Shown one piece after another: positions 37,116 through 50,400 of a stretch of DNA of 64,000 bases. The number at the start of each line of letters is the position of its first letter. Position 1 is the first letter of the stretch. The notes under the pieces are model-generated. The model worked only from the letters and a program-made list of their open reading frames with translations. It had not been told where the DNA came from and made no database searches. The position numbers were made by a program, and so were the translations under genes. The stretch is from Isurus oxyrinchus (lineage: Eukaryota): assembly GCA_026770705.1 (NCBI GenBank), contig JANJGN010000002.1, positions 67,766,001-67,830,000 on the forward strand, read 5' to 3'.

Positions 37116-40100
37116 ATGCTTTTGTTTTTCTAACTGTGGCCAACAGACAACTGCCACAAAATGAATTCAGATTGAAGGAAAATGTTTCCCATTCGTTATC
37201 CTGTCACTTGAAAGGATTTAAAAGCAAAAATATAGCACTGTTTGGTTTGTCATTTGTAAAGTACAGATATTACATTACGCCAGGCAAAAAAAAATATTGG
37301 CAATAATTCAATAAACTTGCACAGGTATATCTATTTCTTGTCTTAAAAAATGTGTTCTAAATAATTATGACACATCCTGTAGTGCAGCTGTTAGAGGATA
37401 TTTCAGATTTTTGCTGTGTCTGGCTATACTGAATCTTTACATTTGTAATGCAGACATGTTCCCCCAGCAGACAAAACATGGTCCATTTCAGTCAGACAAC
37501 TCAGTAGAAGGTCTATTGTCATGCTGGTGTGATTGTTGTGAATATAATAGGAAATTTTGACCATTTTGATCCCACTATATAAAAACATCTCCTTATGACA
37601 AACAAAACCAACACAAAGCAGCTTTAGGGCATTGATATGTAATAGGAAATTGCAGTTACCTGAAAGATGTTGGCATTCCAAAACTGCCTTTGTTTGCATT
37701 TTCTATGTATTTCATCTGATCTGCCTTCTCCAACATTATTCCTTTTTCCGGTAATATGAAAATTCACCAAGACATAGATAAACTCATGCAATTTATAACT
37801 GCAGACCTTTCATTTCTATTTTGTAAATTATGGAGAACTGCATTTTGCAATATATTGTAATTATTTGTATGTTGAAATGATCAATTTGTACAGCCCTTTT
37901 ACTATTTTATACTTATGTTAATTTTAATGATTGTCTATAACTATGTCATGAATTATGATTGCTTGTTTTATTTGTATCATCATCACATTTTGGCATTTGC
38001 CTCCATGAAGATTTTCAATAAGCTATCGGTCTATCCATCTAGCCACCCAACCAACATTAAGGTGAGAATTTAGTTAATATCAAGGAAGAGTATGACAAAA
38101 TACAGTAATTATATTAATGAACTTAGAAGAAGCTCTGGGTGTAGGCATGGCTGCATGCACTTCTTCCACTGATGGATGCTGCACCAGGCCTGGTTGGTCT
38201 GGGTGATGTGGCGATGATTTGTTGTAGTGAGTGGTGATTGTTTCTTTCTGTGTGGGCAGAAGTGGTATTTGTCAGGTTGTTGATGGTGTTTCTTCTTCTT
38301 CTCCTTTTCTGGCATCGGGAAGCTCTCTGCAGTCGAGGGAGAGCACTTCTGTGGATGGAAGAAGAGTAGAGAGGTAGCTCACCTTTGTATAACTGTGTTT
38401 GCGTGAGGCTGCTACCTGGTTCCAATTGATGCTGTGATTTCAGTACGCTTGCTGGGGTTGTGCATTGGTCAATGTCTTTACCGTCTGCACCATGGCTGTT
38501 GGCGGAGGCAGAGGCTTCCTTGGAGGTTGTTCTGGCTTTGGGGTCACCTCCATTGCGGGTGCTGCGATAACATCCTGCACGGCAGGTTTGAGGACCAGAA
38601 ATGAAGAAGACCAGACCTGCTCCGCAAACAGAGAAGAGTGGACAGCCAACCTGCTCCAAGGAGACTGGTTGAAACTCGGAGACAACTCAGGGCCTCATTG
38701 TCATTCAATCTTTCAATGTTAAGTGTTGTCAGTTGGATTTCTTGAGAGCCGGACAGCTTAATCGAGGCAAAGACCTGGCATATTCAGCTATCTCCTGGAT
38801 CCATGTGTCATCCTGAATAGCCTCTGCAATCAGGCACCCTCTCCCCACTGCACCAGCCTTCACCCTGAGGCCTCTGACCCCACTACAAGACTTCTGATGG
38901 CTCCCCTCTCAAACCATGCCTTCAACCGCCTCATTGCTAAAAGACTTCCAATCTCATCACCATCACCAGGCATCTGATCATCCCCCCGCACCCCCCCCAC
39001 CCCCCCCAGGCCTCCGATTCCACCAAGGCATTCAATTCTACCCAACTCATGCTCACTAGGGGCCCCCAAACTCCCCTCACCCTTAGGATTGGCGGGTCAC
39101 CCGATTTCCCATCCTCACACAGCATTCAGAAGGATCCAGACTAGGGAGGCAGCTGCAGGCCTTATTTCCAGGTGCTGACACATGCACTAGGCCTGCCAGG
39201 GAGCAGGCATATGATTTCATGTCATTGAGCGTGTGACAGGAAATGGGTGATTCCCTGGGTTGGAGGGTACACTGCAGTTTTGGTACACTGCTCCTCTTTA
39301 GTGTCCAAACTGATTGAATATAATCACCATTAATGATTCTTTGTTGTACACTTAATCCACAATGTTATGAAGCTTGTTGATGGTTTGGAGCTTTATTGTG
39401 TAGGCTACAAAGGACGGTGCCTCACCTCTTGCAGCCAATTCCTAATGCATCTAATTTTGGGGACCAGAGGAGGTAACATTACCGGCAAGAACATCAAATT
39501 CAAATATTACAATGAGGTCTTGCAACAAATTCAAAAATTTTGGATGAAGCTCCTTTCTTGATTCTGATCTGTATAAAAAGGGATAATGCCAGATTAACTG
39601 ACCAACTTTAGCAAGTCTATTGCCCTGTGAATAAACTGCACCATTTTTTCACTAGGCTGTTTGCACAGCTTTTTTGGCTTATGTATTTCTGTTTTTTTGT
39701 TGGAGTGTCTCCCTGTATTCTTGGTGGCTGCTGCTGTGAATACCTTGGGAAGAAACACTAAGATATTCAGTAAGAAGCATTCAGAATCAGAACTAAATGT
39801 GCTGTTAAAACAGTGGATTCCTTTAGTCTCTTTTCAGATGCTCTCTGCTGGTACACGTGTGTCTGCTAGTCTTCAATGGACAAAGTACACAACGTAATTC
39901 TCAATACATTACGTCTCTCTCCTTCTTAGTAAATGAGAGGCATGGTGTGTTTTAATGGTTTGTTTCTAAAAGTGTAAGTAGTAACCATAAGCGTAACTTG
40001 AACATTCAATTTCATCAGTAACATATGCAAACTCTGGTATAACTTTAACACAGCATGTACCATGATGTGAATGATTGGTTCACCAACTGAAAATATTTCA

Positions 40101-40139
40101 CTTTGTAACATAATCACTTAAACATGGTGGATGTTTTCT

Positions 40140-40560
40140 CTCATGAGCAGGATATCATCTGACATCAGGTGTGGTCTCATTTAATTTAGGTTCTTCATCT
40201 GAGATGTCGACGTCAGAATCAGATTTATGAATGGATGGTGCTTTCAGTGCTTTCAAGAATGACATGTTTCATGTGATGATTTGTGAACCACTTAGCAGTG
40301 ATCATTGATCATTTGTGTTGCTCACAACAGATGGCCGGATGTCATAGCTGGTTGTTTGCTTTCCAACTTGACCGTCACATTTCCCCAGCACTTTATCTTC
40401 TGGCTTTAGCGGTGCAGCTCTAAATTTTGTGCAGCTCTGCATTCACTTCCACTCGATCCTTCCATTCTCGACTGCATTCGTGTACATGTTGATTATTAGC
40501 TCTGCGGGGTAGCTCATGAAGATATGCACGTACATTGTATCCAAAGATTAGTGGAACTGG
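40140..40560 (-). mobile_element. Gypsy integrase C-terminal remnant
   Basis: PLIFGYNVRAYLHELP..LKPEDKVL..KQTTSYD..MITAK..IIT*NMSFLK resembles a GPY/F module. Confidence 0.55.
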
Positions 40561-40577
40561 AGGCTTTCCAGCTTTCA

Positions 40578-43500
40578 GGGGAGGTGGTGGCATAGTGGTA
40601 TTGTCGCTGGATTAGTAATCCAGAAACTCAGGGTAATACATTAGAGTTTGAATTTCGCCACAGCAAATGGTGAAATTTGAATCCAATAAAAAATCTGGAA
40701 TGAAATGTCTGATGATGGCCATGAAACCTTTGTCAATTGTCAGAAAAATTCATCTGGTTCACTAATGTCCTGCCGGTCTTTCCTGGTCTGGCCTACATGT
40801 GACTCCAGATCCACAACAATGTGGTTGACTCTTAAATGCCCTGTGAAATGACCTAGCAAGCCACTCGGTTGTAACAAACCAGTAAAAAGTCTAAAAGGGA
40901 TGAAACCAGAAGGACCATCTGGCATTGACCTAAGCACCGGAGATGACAACTGTAAACCCAGCCCTGCTGACTTTGCCAAGTCCTCCTTAATAACATCTGG
41001 AGCTAGTGACAAAATTGGAAGAGCTGTCTCACAGACTAGTCAAGCAACAGCCCAGCATACCTTACAGATAATGAACCACCATCACCAGGCCTGGGTATGT
41101 CCTGTCCCACCGGGAGAACAGACCAGCAGAGGTGATGGCACAGTTGTTTACACTTGGGAGAGAGTTGCCCTTGGAGTCCTCAACCTCAATTCCAGACCAC
41201 ATGAAGTCCCATGTCATCAGGTCAAACATGGGCAAGGAAACCTTCTGCTGATTACCATGTACAGTCCTCCCTCAGGTGGTGAATCAGTGCTCCTCCATGT
41301 TGAACACCACTTGGAGGAAGCACCAAGGGTGACAAGGACACAGAATGCACTCTGGCTGCGGGACTTGACTGTCCATCACCAAGAGTGGCTCGGTAGCACC
41401 AGTACAGACTGAGCTGACCAAGTGCTAAAGGACATAGCTACTAGACTGTGTCTGTGGCACAGAACCAACAAGAAGGAAAAACATACTTGATTTCATCCTC
41501 ACCAAACTGCCTGCCGCAGATAGATCTGTCCATGACAGTATTGGTAAGAGTGACCACCGCACAGTCCATGTGGAGACGAAGCCCCATCTTCACACTGAGG
41601 ATACCCTCTATCATGTTTTGTGGTATTACTGCCGTGCTAAATGGGATTGATTTCAAACAGAAATAGCAACTCAAGACTGGGAATCCATGAGGTGCTGTGG
41701 GCCATCAGCAGCAGCAGAATTGTACACATCCATAACCTATAATCTCAGGGTCCAGCGTACCCCTCACTCTACCATTATCACCAAGCCAGGGGATCGACCC
41801 TGGTTCAATGAAGAGTGTCAGGAGCAGCACCAGTGTCATGAAGCTCTTAATGTATATAATGTTATTTGAATTTCTTTTTAAATAGTGGTTTAGTCTGTGG
41901 CTGTGTCTGTGTGTGTTATAATTGGATTAAAGCTAGCTAGATTGGGTGCTTTGATCTGTTGAAGTTTTGAGGTATAAACAGAGGTAAAAAATACATTTGC
42001 AGTTTGTTGAATAGAGCGTTCGAGAGTGGGAGCGAAATTGTGCACCTAGCTAGGGGAAATGAAGCAATGTTTATATTACTAATAAAACTGGTACAATTAA
42101 AGGAGTTCAAAGAGCCTGGTGATACTATGAAAATTTACATTCAAACAGAAGTGCTGGCTATAACCTGAGGGAGTTTGTGTGTGCCGAGCAGAGGCATGTA
42201 ACATCAAAGCTGCTGTAAGCCTACTACTGCCCGTGAGGGAACTAAATTGAAAGGAACCTTTAATTTGTAAGGTGAAAATGCTTTACCTGGTGTCTGCTTA
42301 CAATCTATGGATTGTTGTTGCCTTAGTGGAGATTAATTTGGGAATCTGTTAAAAAGTTATGATAGCAGTAATTTGTAGCTATGTGTACATGTTTAATTTG
42401 TTTTAAAGTAATAAATGTCTCATGTAGTTTGATATAAAAATCTCTTGAGAACTGGTGGTCTTATTCCTGAATTTAGAGCTGCATCTTAAACACACCAATT
42501 GAAAATATAGGTAATGACAGTTGTTTAAAGTTTCCTCTGGGATTTTAAATAACAGCCTTTATCAAATGCTGTATCATAACACCAGGCATACCTAAAGATG
42601 AAGTGTCAACTTGGTGAAGCTACAAAGCAGGGCTACTTGCAAGCCAAACAGCAGAAGCAGCAAGTGATAGACACAGCTAAGCGATTCCACAACAAATGGA
42701 TCAGATCTAAGGTCTTCAGTCCAGCCACATCCAATCGTGAATGGTGGTGGGCAATTAAACCACTCACTGGAGGGGGAGGCTCCACAAATATCCCCATCCT
42801 CAATGACGGGGGAGCCTAGCTCATTAGTGTAAAAGATAAGGCTGAAGCATTTGCTAAAATCTTCAGCCAGAGGTGCCGAGTGGATGATTCATCTCGGGCT
42901 CCCCTGGAGATCCCCAGCATCACAGATGCCAATCTTCAGCCAATTTGATTCACTTCACGTGATGTTAAGGCTCTGGAAACGGCAAAATCTATGGACTCTG
43001 ACAATTTTCCAGCAATAGTGCTGAATACGTGCTCCAGAACTAGCTGCACCTCTAGCCAAGTTGTTCCAGTAGAGCTACAACACTGGCATCTACCTGGCAA
43101 TGTGGAAAATTGCCCAGACATGTCCTATCCACAAAAAGCAGGACAAGTCCAACCCAATTACCAACCCATGAGTCTACTCTCCATCATGAGTAAAAGTAGT
43201 GGAAGGGGTCATCAACAGTACTATCAAGCAGCACTTGCTTAGCAATAACCTGCTCACTGACGCCCAGTTTGGTTCTGCCAGGGCCAGTCAGCTGCTGACC
43301 CCATTACAGCCTTGGTCCAAACATGGGCAAAAGAGTTGAACTCCCGAGGTGAGGTGAGAATGACTGCCCTTGACATCAAGGTTGCCTTTGACCAAGTGTG
43401 GCATAAAGTAGCACTAGCAAAACTAGAGTTAATGGGCCTCAGGGTGAAAACTTTTCACTGGTTGGAGTCATATCTAGCAGAAAGGAAGGTGGTTGTAGTT

Positions 43501-44505
43501 GCTAGAGGTCAGTCATCCTAATTCCAGGGCATCAGTGGAAGAATCCTTCTGGTAGTGTCTTCGGCCCAACCACCTTTAGCTGCTTCATCAATCACCTTCC
43601 TTCCATCATAAGGTCAGAAGTGGGGATGTTCGCTGATGATTGCATAATGTTCAGCATCATTCATGACTCCTCAGATACTGAAGCAGTTCATGTCCAAATG
43701 CAGCAAGACCTGGAAAATATCCAGGCTTGGGTTGACAACTGGCAATCACCATTCACGCCACACAAGTGACAGGCAATGGCCATATCCAACAAGAGAGACT
43801 CTAACCATCGCCCCATGACGTTCAATGGCATTACCATCGCTGAATCCCCCGCTATCAATATCCTGGGGGTTACCTTTGACCAGAAACTGAACTGGACTAG
43901 CCATATAAATACTGTGGCCACAGGAGCAGGTCAAAGGCTGGGAATTCTGTGGAGAATAACAGATTCCCCAAAGCCTGGCCACCATCTACAAGGCACACGC
44001 CAGGAGTGTGATGGAATACTCCCCACTTGCCTGGATGAGTGCAGCTCCCACAACACTGAAGAAACGTGGCACCATCGAAGGCAAAGCAGCCTGCTTGATT
44101 GGCACCACATCCACAAATATTCACTCCCTCCACCACCGACGCACAGTAGCAGCAGTGTGTACCAGCTACAAGGTGCACTGCAGGAACCCACCAAGGCTCT
44201 TTAGATAGCATCTTCCAAACCCACAACCACTACCATCTAGAAGGACAAGAGCAGCAGATAGATGGAAACACCACCACCTGAAACTTCCCCTCCAAACCAC
44301 CCTCCATCCTGACTTGGAAGTTTATTGTCATTCCTTCACTGTTGCTGGGTCAAAATCCTGGAATTCCCTTCCTAACAGCACTTTGGGTGTACTTATAACC
44401 ACATGAACTGCAGGTCACCACCACCTTCTCAAGGGCAGTTAGGGATGAGCAATAAATGCTGGCCCAGCCGATGAAGCCTACATCCCATGAATGAATAAAA
44501 AAAAA
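40578..44505 (+). mobile_element. Near full-length L2/CR1-group LINE with a tRNA-like 5' head and a single APE+RT ORF (decayed)
   Basis: A/B-box-like head at 40581-40660. Endonuclease from ~40980 (SRGDGTVVY, ITMYSPPS, DLTVHHQEWLG). RT LDIKVAFDQVWH, FADD at ~43630. Tail ATGAATGAATAAAAAAAAA. Confidence 0.9.
41834..42581 (+). repeat. Solo LTR (748 bp) inserted in the LINE
   Basis: TGTCATGA...TCATAACA ends with 4-bp TSD CCAG (41830-41833, 42582-42585). The LINE is continuous across it. Confidence 0.9.
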
Positions 44506-44900
44506 TTACCATCACTGAATCCCCCACTATCAACATCCTGGGGGTTTTCATTGATGAGAAACTGAACTGGACTAACCATATAAATACCCTGGCTACAAGA
44601 GCAGGTCAGAGGCCAGGAATCCGTAACTTACCTCCTGACTCCCCAAAGCCTGTCCACCATCTACAAGGCACAAGTCAGGAGTGTGATGGAATACTCTCCT
44701 CTTGCCTTGATGAGTGCAGCTCCCACAACACTCAAGAAGCTTGACACTGTTCAGGACAAAGCTGCCAGCTTGATTGGCACCACATCCACAAATATTTACT
44801 CCTTTCACCATCAACACACAGTGACAGCAGTGTGTACCATCTACAAAATGCACTGCAGGAGCCCACCAAGGCTCCTTAGACAGCACCTTCCAAACCTAAA
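44506..44900 (+). mobile_element. Second fragment of the same LINE directly after the poly-A
   Basis: Repeats 43831-44220 (TTACCATCACTGAATCCCCC..; MMEYSPLA.MSAAPTTLKK). Confidence 0.85.
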
Positions 44901-45341
44901 CCCCACCCCCTCCCCTCACCCCTTCCTGCTATGGCAGAGGACAATGTATTTGCCATTCCTACTTCTGACTGTTCTCCTTTGTGAGATGACTTAAAGGCAA
45001 CTTCAAATGCTGGAATGGCTCTCCTGATAGCTGTGAAGGTCATAATGGCTCTAAGCTTTAATGCAACATCCTGGTTACAGCGAGCAATATCTTTCAGAGC
45101 GCCAGCCTGCACTTCATAACTATAGAAAGCAAGTGACTGATGCCATGCTTGTCAACCCCAGGGCCTTCTGGATGGAATCAGTGTGGCCACTGTCAGCCTT
45201 AAAGTAAAGGTGAACAAAAAAGGTTTCTGCTCCGTCAACACCAGATGGTTTCTAACAACTTGAATGTTCAATAATACATGTTCATTCACAATATCTTGGG
45301 AGAGTCCATGATGCTTCAAGAATGCATTGGTCCATACTGTC

Positions 45342-45470
45342 TGAAGGGAAAGATTTGCAGGGCTATGGGGAAATAACAGGTAGTAGAATGAGATGGACTG
45401 TTCTACCAAAGAACAGGCACAGGCTTGATGGGCCAAATGTCTTCCTTCTCTGCTATATTATTCTATGACT
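45342..45470 (+). mobile_element. CR1 3'-end fragment
   Basis: GGGAAAGATTTGCAGGGCTATGGGG..GATGGGCCAAATG..TTCTATGA tail. Confidence 0.7.
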
Positions 45471-47229
45471 ATTTTCAGCTCCTGGAAAAATGCATGTATA
45501 GCTTTGGGTAAATGGGGTTGCTTCACAGCTGTGGCTCATGACTCCATTTAGAATCGCCAACACTTAGTGAAGCCCTAGATTCCAATCAGTCTTGCCTCAT
45601 TTTGCTCGTGGTATCCTGTATAAACATTCAATTCCAATAGTGTCAAGGATGACTCAAGTTTCAGGTCCTACATCCAGGACTGCACAGATCAGAGGCTCTG
45701 AGAAGGATTAGGTAACAGGTTGGGTGTTCCTGTTCCATGGGTGGGTGCGGCCTGGAATTTTTGGGGGCCTTTAGGCAACTTTGTTAGAGAATCATTTTTT
45801 TCTTTCTTTGTATGTGGGTATGCGGTGACAGTAGAAAGTGTACCAGGATTTATCAGTGAACTTAGGCAGTATAAAGTAATTCTGATTTTGCTCTAATATT
45901 TACCTTTTTTCAGCATTTCATGTCCATTATGTTTAGATCTTTATTATTTGCGCATGACAATAATTTTACAGGAATTCAGGGCTTAATCTCCATTTAATAA
46001 CATTGTCATACATTCCCAGGCACCAGTAGGTCAAGCTCACATCAAGTGAGACAGTTTATGTTCCTTTTAAACCCACTGAATGCTCTTATGTTGAATAAAA
46101 TGGAAAAAGAATGATCTGAACTAATCCTGCTAACATGTATACAATATTAACGATGTAAGTCTGCACAAAATGAAAAACAGTCATTAAGCTGATCAACATC
46201 TCTAGCTATCAATTTAATATTATTTATTTGAACAAACAGTTTACACAAATAAAGGGATGATTGCCAGTGGAGATTACTCTCCAGAGTAAGGTGCTAAATT
46301 TAAACCAATACTTTAGAAAAATCAGACACAATACCCTGACCCCTAACCTGTGACCCTGTTGTGTGATATAGTTGAGAACCTGATTTGCTTTGACCCTGAT
46401 GTGAGTAACCAGCACTTACAAATGGAGCTTCACAAGTAAAGGAAGGCTATTCAAGTGAGGTGCTGTAAACTTTGGAGTATCTTTAAAATCTTAGCAAGAC
46501 ACAGCACTTTCAGGAGAGGAGAGAAAATGAAAAAAATTTGAAGTGAGTGGCATTTAGAGGTGAGAGTATACAACCACCCTGACCCAAGAATATATAGCCA
46601 CGCCCCTAATCAAGCTGTTCCTGCACAGCTTCAAGACTAGCATCCAACCAACAACGTAAAAATTGCACAGGTAGGTCCTGTCCACAAAAAGCAGGACAAA
46701 TTCCATCCAGCCAGTTATAACCCTATCAGTCTCCTCTTGATCATGGACAGTGCTATCAAGCAGCAATAATTTGTCAATGCTTAGTTTTGGTTCTGCCAGA
46801 GCCGCTCAGCTCCTGATCTCATTACAGCCTTGGTTCAATCATGGATAAAAAACCTGAACTCAAGAGGTGAAGTGAAAGTAACTGCCCTTGACATCAAGGT
46901 AGCATTTGGCCGACTGTGGCATCATGGAACCCTGGCAAAATTGAAGCCAATGAGATTCAGGGGGAAAACTCTCCACTGGTTGGAGTCATACCTACTACAA
47001 AGGAAGATGGTTCTGGTTGTTGGAGATCAATCATCTCAGTCTCAGGGTATTGCTGTCTAAGTTCCTCAGGGTCATGTCCTAGGGCCAGCTATTTTCAGCT
47101 GCTTTACCAAAGACCTTACTTATCATAAGGTCAGAAGTGGGATGTTCACAAATGATTGCACAATGTTCAGCTCCATTTGAAACTCCTCAGATACTGAAGC
47201 TGCTCATGACAATATGCAGCAAGACCTGG

Positions 47230-47425
47230 CCATAGAGTCACAGAGTTATACAGCACAGAAACAGGCCCTTTGGCCCATCATGTATGTGCTGGCCATCAAG
47301 CACTTATCTATTACAATCCCATTTTCCAGTACTTGGCCCATAGCCCTGTATGCTATGGTGTTTCAAATGCTCATCTAAATACTTCTTAAATGCTGTGAGG
47401 GTTCCTGCCTCTATCACCCCCTCAA
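47230..47425 (-). mobile_element. CR1 3'-end fragment occupying the place of the Gypsy 3' LTR
   Basis: CATAGAGTCACAGAGTTATACAGCACAGAAACAGGCCCTTTGGCCCA is a typical antisense CR1 tail. Confidence 0.8.
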
Positions 47426-50400
47426 CAGGAAACGGACATCCGGTCTACATCACTGTTGGAACCAAATCTTGTTGATTTATCTCTCACATCCTTAAATGGT
47501 CTACATGTTTCCGGATGATCCGTCCTTCCACCTCCACGTAGTAAGATAGAGGCCCAGTCACCGCACTTATTTCACCTGGTAACCACTTTGGTCCTTCCAC
47601 GAAGTTTTTCATGTATACCAGCTCTCCCACAGTAAATTTCCTCTCGTGACAGTACCAATTGTGTCTAGTTTTCTGGCTTCCCTGACTCCTTTTCACCCTC
47701 CCCTCTAAATTCGGCATTATTAAACTCAATCTTGTCCTGAGACGGTGTTTCAACAATAACTCCGCAGGTGTGGCACCTGTTGTTGTGTGGGGGGGTAGTC
47801 TTGTAATAAAAAGGAAAGCGTACTAGCTTGGTTGCCAAGGAATCAAAGTTTCACTTTTCCATACCTGCCCTGAACATTTGTGCCATCCATTTGGCCTGTC
47901 CATTTGAGGAAGGGTGGGTGGGTGCAGTTTTTAGATGAGTGATACCGTTGACACTGATAAACCATTGAAACTCAGCATTCGTAAATACCGTGCTGTTATC
48001 AGAAACGATTACTCCTTGTAGTCCGTGAATGGCAAAACTCTGAGGTAGTTTCTCAATTGTAGTGGCTGACACTGGTGACTTCATCTCATATATGTCCAAC
48101 CATTTTGAATGGGCATCGACAATGAGCAGAAACATTGTCCCCAGGAAAGGTTCAACGTAGTCAATGTGTAACCATATCTGGGGTCTACCTGGCCACTCCC
48201 ATAAATGTAACAGAACTGTTGCTGGCAATGTTTGCAATTGCTGACATTGCACCCAGTGCTTTACTAAACTCTCTATTTCACCATTCATCCCAGGCCACTG
48301 TAGATAACTGCGTGCTATGGCTTTCATTCGGGAACTTCCTAGGTGGGCGCTGTATAGTTCAATTAAAAGTGGCTGCCTTCCCTTTGGAGAAGCTATCACT
48401 TGTGCTTCCCACAATAGGATGCCAGCATGGCTGGTTATTTCATGTCTTCTATTGAAGTACGGTTTCATTTCATCAGATACTGGCTCCTGTGACCAACCAT
48501 GTAGAACTTGTTCTCATACTTGAGATAGGACTGGGTCCCGACTTGTCCAGTCTCTGACCTGTTGAGCACATACTGGTGAGGAACCTAAGAAATTTGACAA
48601 TAAAACAAGTTCCTGTGGAACTGGGATGTGCTTATCATTTTCTTGTAAAGGCAAATGACTAAGGGCGTCGACGTTTGCAATTTGATTGCCAGGCCTAATG
48701 TACGAAAGTATATTCATATGCTGCCAGAATTAAAGCCCATCATTGTATTCTTGCTGAGGCTATGGGTGGTAGAGCCTTGTACATGCTGGTGAAATTTCTT
48801 GACACCAAAGATGATGGACAGGCCTTCTTTTTCCATCTTCAAGTATCCCTTTTCTGCTGTGTTGAGCATTCTTGATACATATCTTATTATCCGTTCCATG
48901 CAGTCATTCATCCATTGAGAAAACACTGCTTCCACTCCGTAGGGAGATGTGTCACATGTCAGCACCAATTCTTTCATCTGGTTGCAATGCACTAATAGAT
49001 TGGATGAGTGCAAAAATTGTTTTATCTTTATGAAAGCTTCTTTCTGGGATGCCTCCCAAGACCAAAGTTGGTTCTTTTTGAGTAGAGAATGCAGGGGGGC
49101 CAGCACTGTAGGCCAATTGGGTAAGAACATTCCGTTGTAGTTGATCATTCCTCAGAATGATTTAAGCTCTGAGGCGTTCTTTGGCACAGGTGCCTCGCTT
49201 ATGGCTTTCACTTTCTCCTCAACCAGGTGAAGGCCCTGTGAATGTACCCAGTGACCCAAATAGATAACCTCCCTCGGTTGGAACATGCATTTTTTTTTAA
49301 AACTCACTCCAGCTTGCAAGAAACATTTTAAGACTTCTTCTAAGTTCACCAAATGCTCTTTTTCAGTGACTCCTGTCACCAATACATCATCTGAATAGAC
49401 TCCACCTGGGGTAGTCCCTGCAGTAAGCTTTCCATTGTTTTCTGAAAGATGGCACGAGCAGAGGAGACACCGAAAGGCAATCGTGTATATTGCTGCAACC
49501 CTTTGTGGGTATTAATTGTGACAAATTGCCGGGAGGCATTATCCAACTCTAATTATTGATAAGCATGACTCATGTCAAGCTTTGTGTACATTGTCCCTCC
49601 TGTCAGCTTGACATACAGGTCTTCGATTTTGGGAATGGAGTGCCTGTCTAGCTTAGCTACTTTATTGACCATCAGTTTGTTATTTCCACAAATTCGTACA
49701 CTTTTGTTGGGTTTAAGGATGGAGACTATGGGTGCTGCCCATTCTGGGAGCTGAACAGGTTGTATAATGCTCAATTTCTCTCGTCTTTTCAGTTCAATGT
49801 TGAGATTTTCTCGCAGGGCATATGGCACTGGTCTCGCCTTCATGAAGCAAGGGGTTGCTTCTGGATCCACATGATTTTCCAGGCCCTGGATTTTCCCCAG
49901 TTCATCCTTAAGGACAGTGGCGTACTTTCTAAGTAGTTCTGGTAGTCCACTTGCTCTCAACTGCAAAATTTTAGCTCATTCTAACTTAATCTTCTTTAAC
50001 CAATTTCATCCCAGGAGGCATGGCCCTTCACTTGCTACCACCATCATGGGTAGCTCTGCCGATTGGCTTCCATAATGGACAGTTACCCTGCTTATGCCTA
50101 TTACTTGAATGTCTTCACCCGTATGTTTTTAACTTGGCGTCTGTTTCTTTTAAACTTGATTGATAGTCACCATTATTCAGATACCTGAAGGTATGTTCCC
50201 CAATTACTGTAGTGGAAGCTCCTGTGTCCACTTCCATTCTAACAGGTTTGCCATTTACTTTCACTGTGACAAAGATTAGCTCTGGCTTTCCAACTTTCAG
50301 ATTAAACAATGAGTAACTGTCTGAATTTGTTGTTTCAGGCTCTTCTACATTGTAGATTTCATTGGGCTTCTTCTTTTGTTTAGAAGCCTGCTTGAATCTT

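Noticed and set aside
44960-45340. Continuation of the Gypsy pol from 40140-40560 beyond the LINE
   Set aside because: It looks coding-like on the minus strand, but no motif was clear enough to call.
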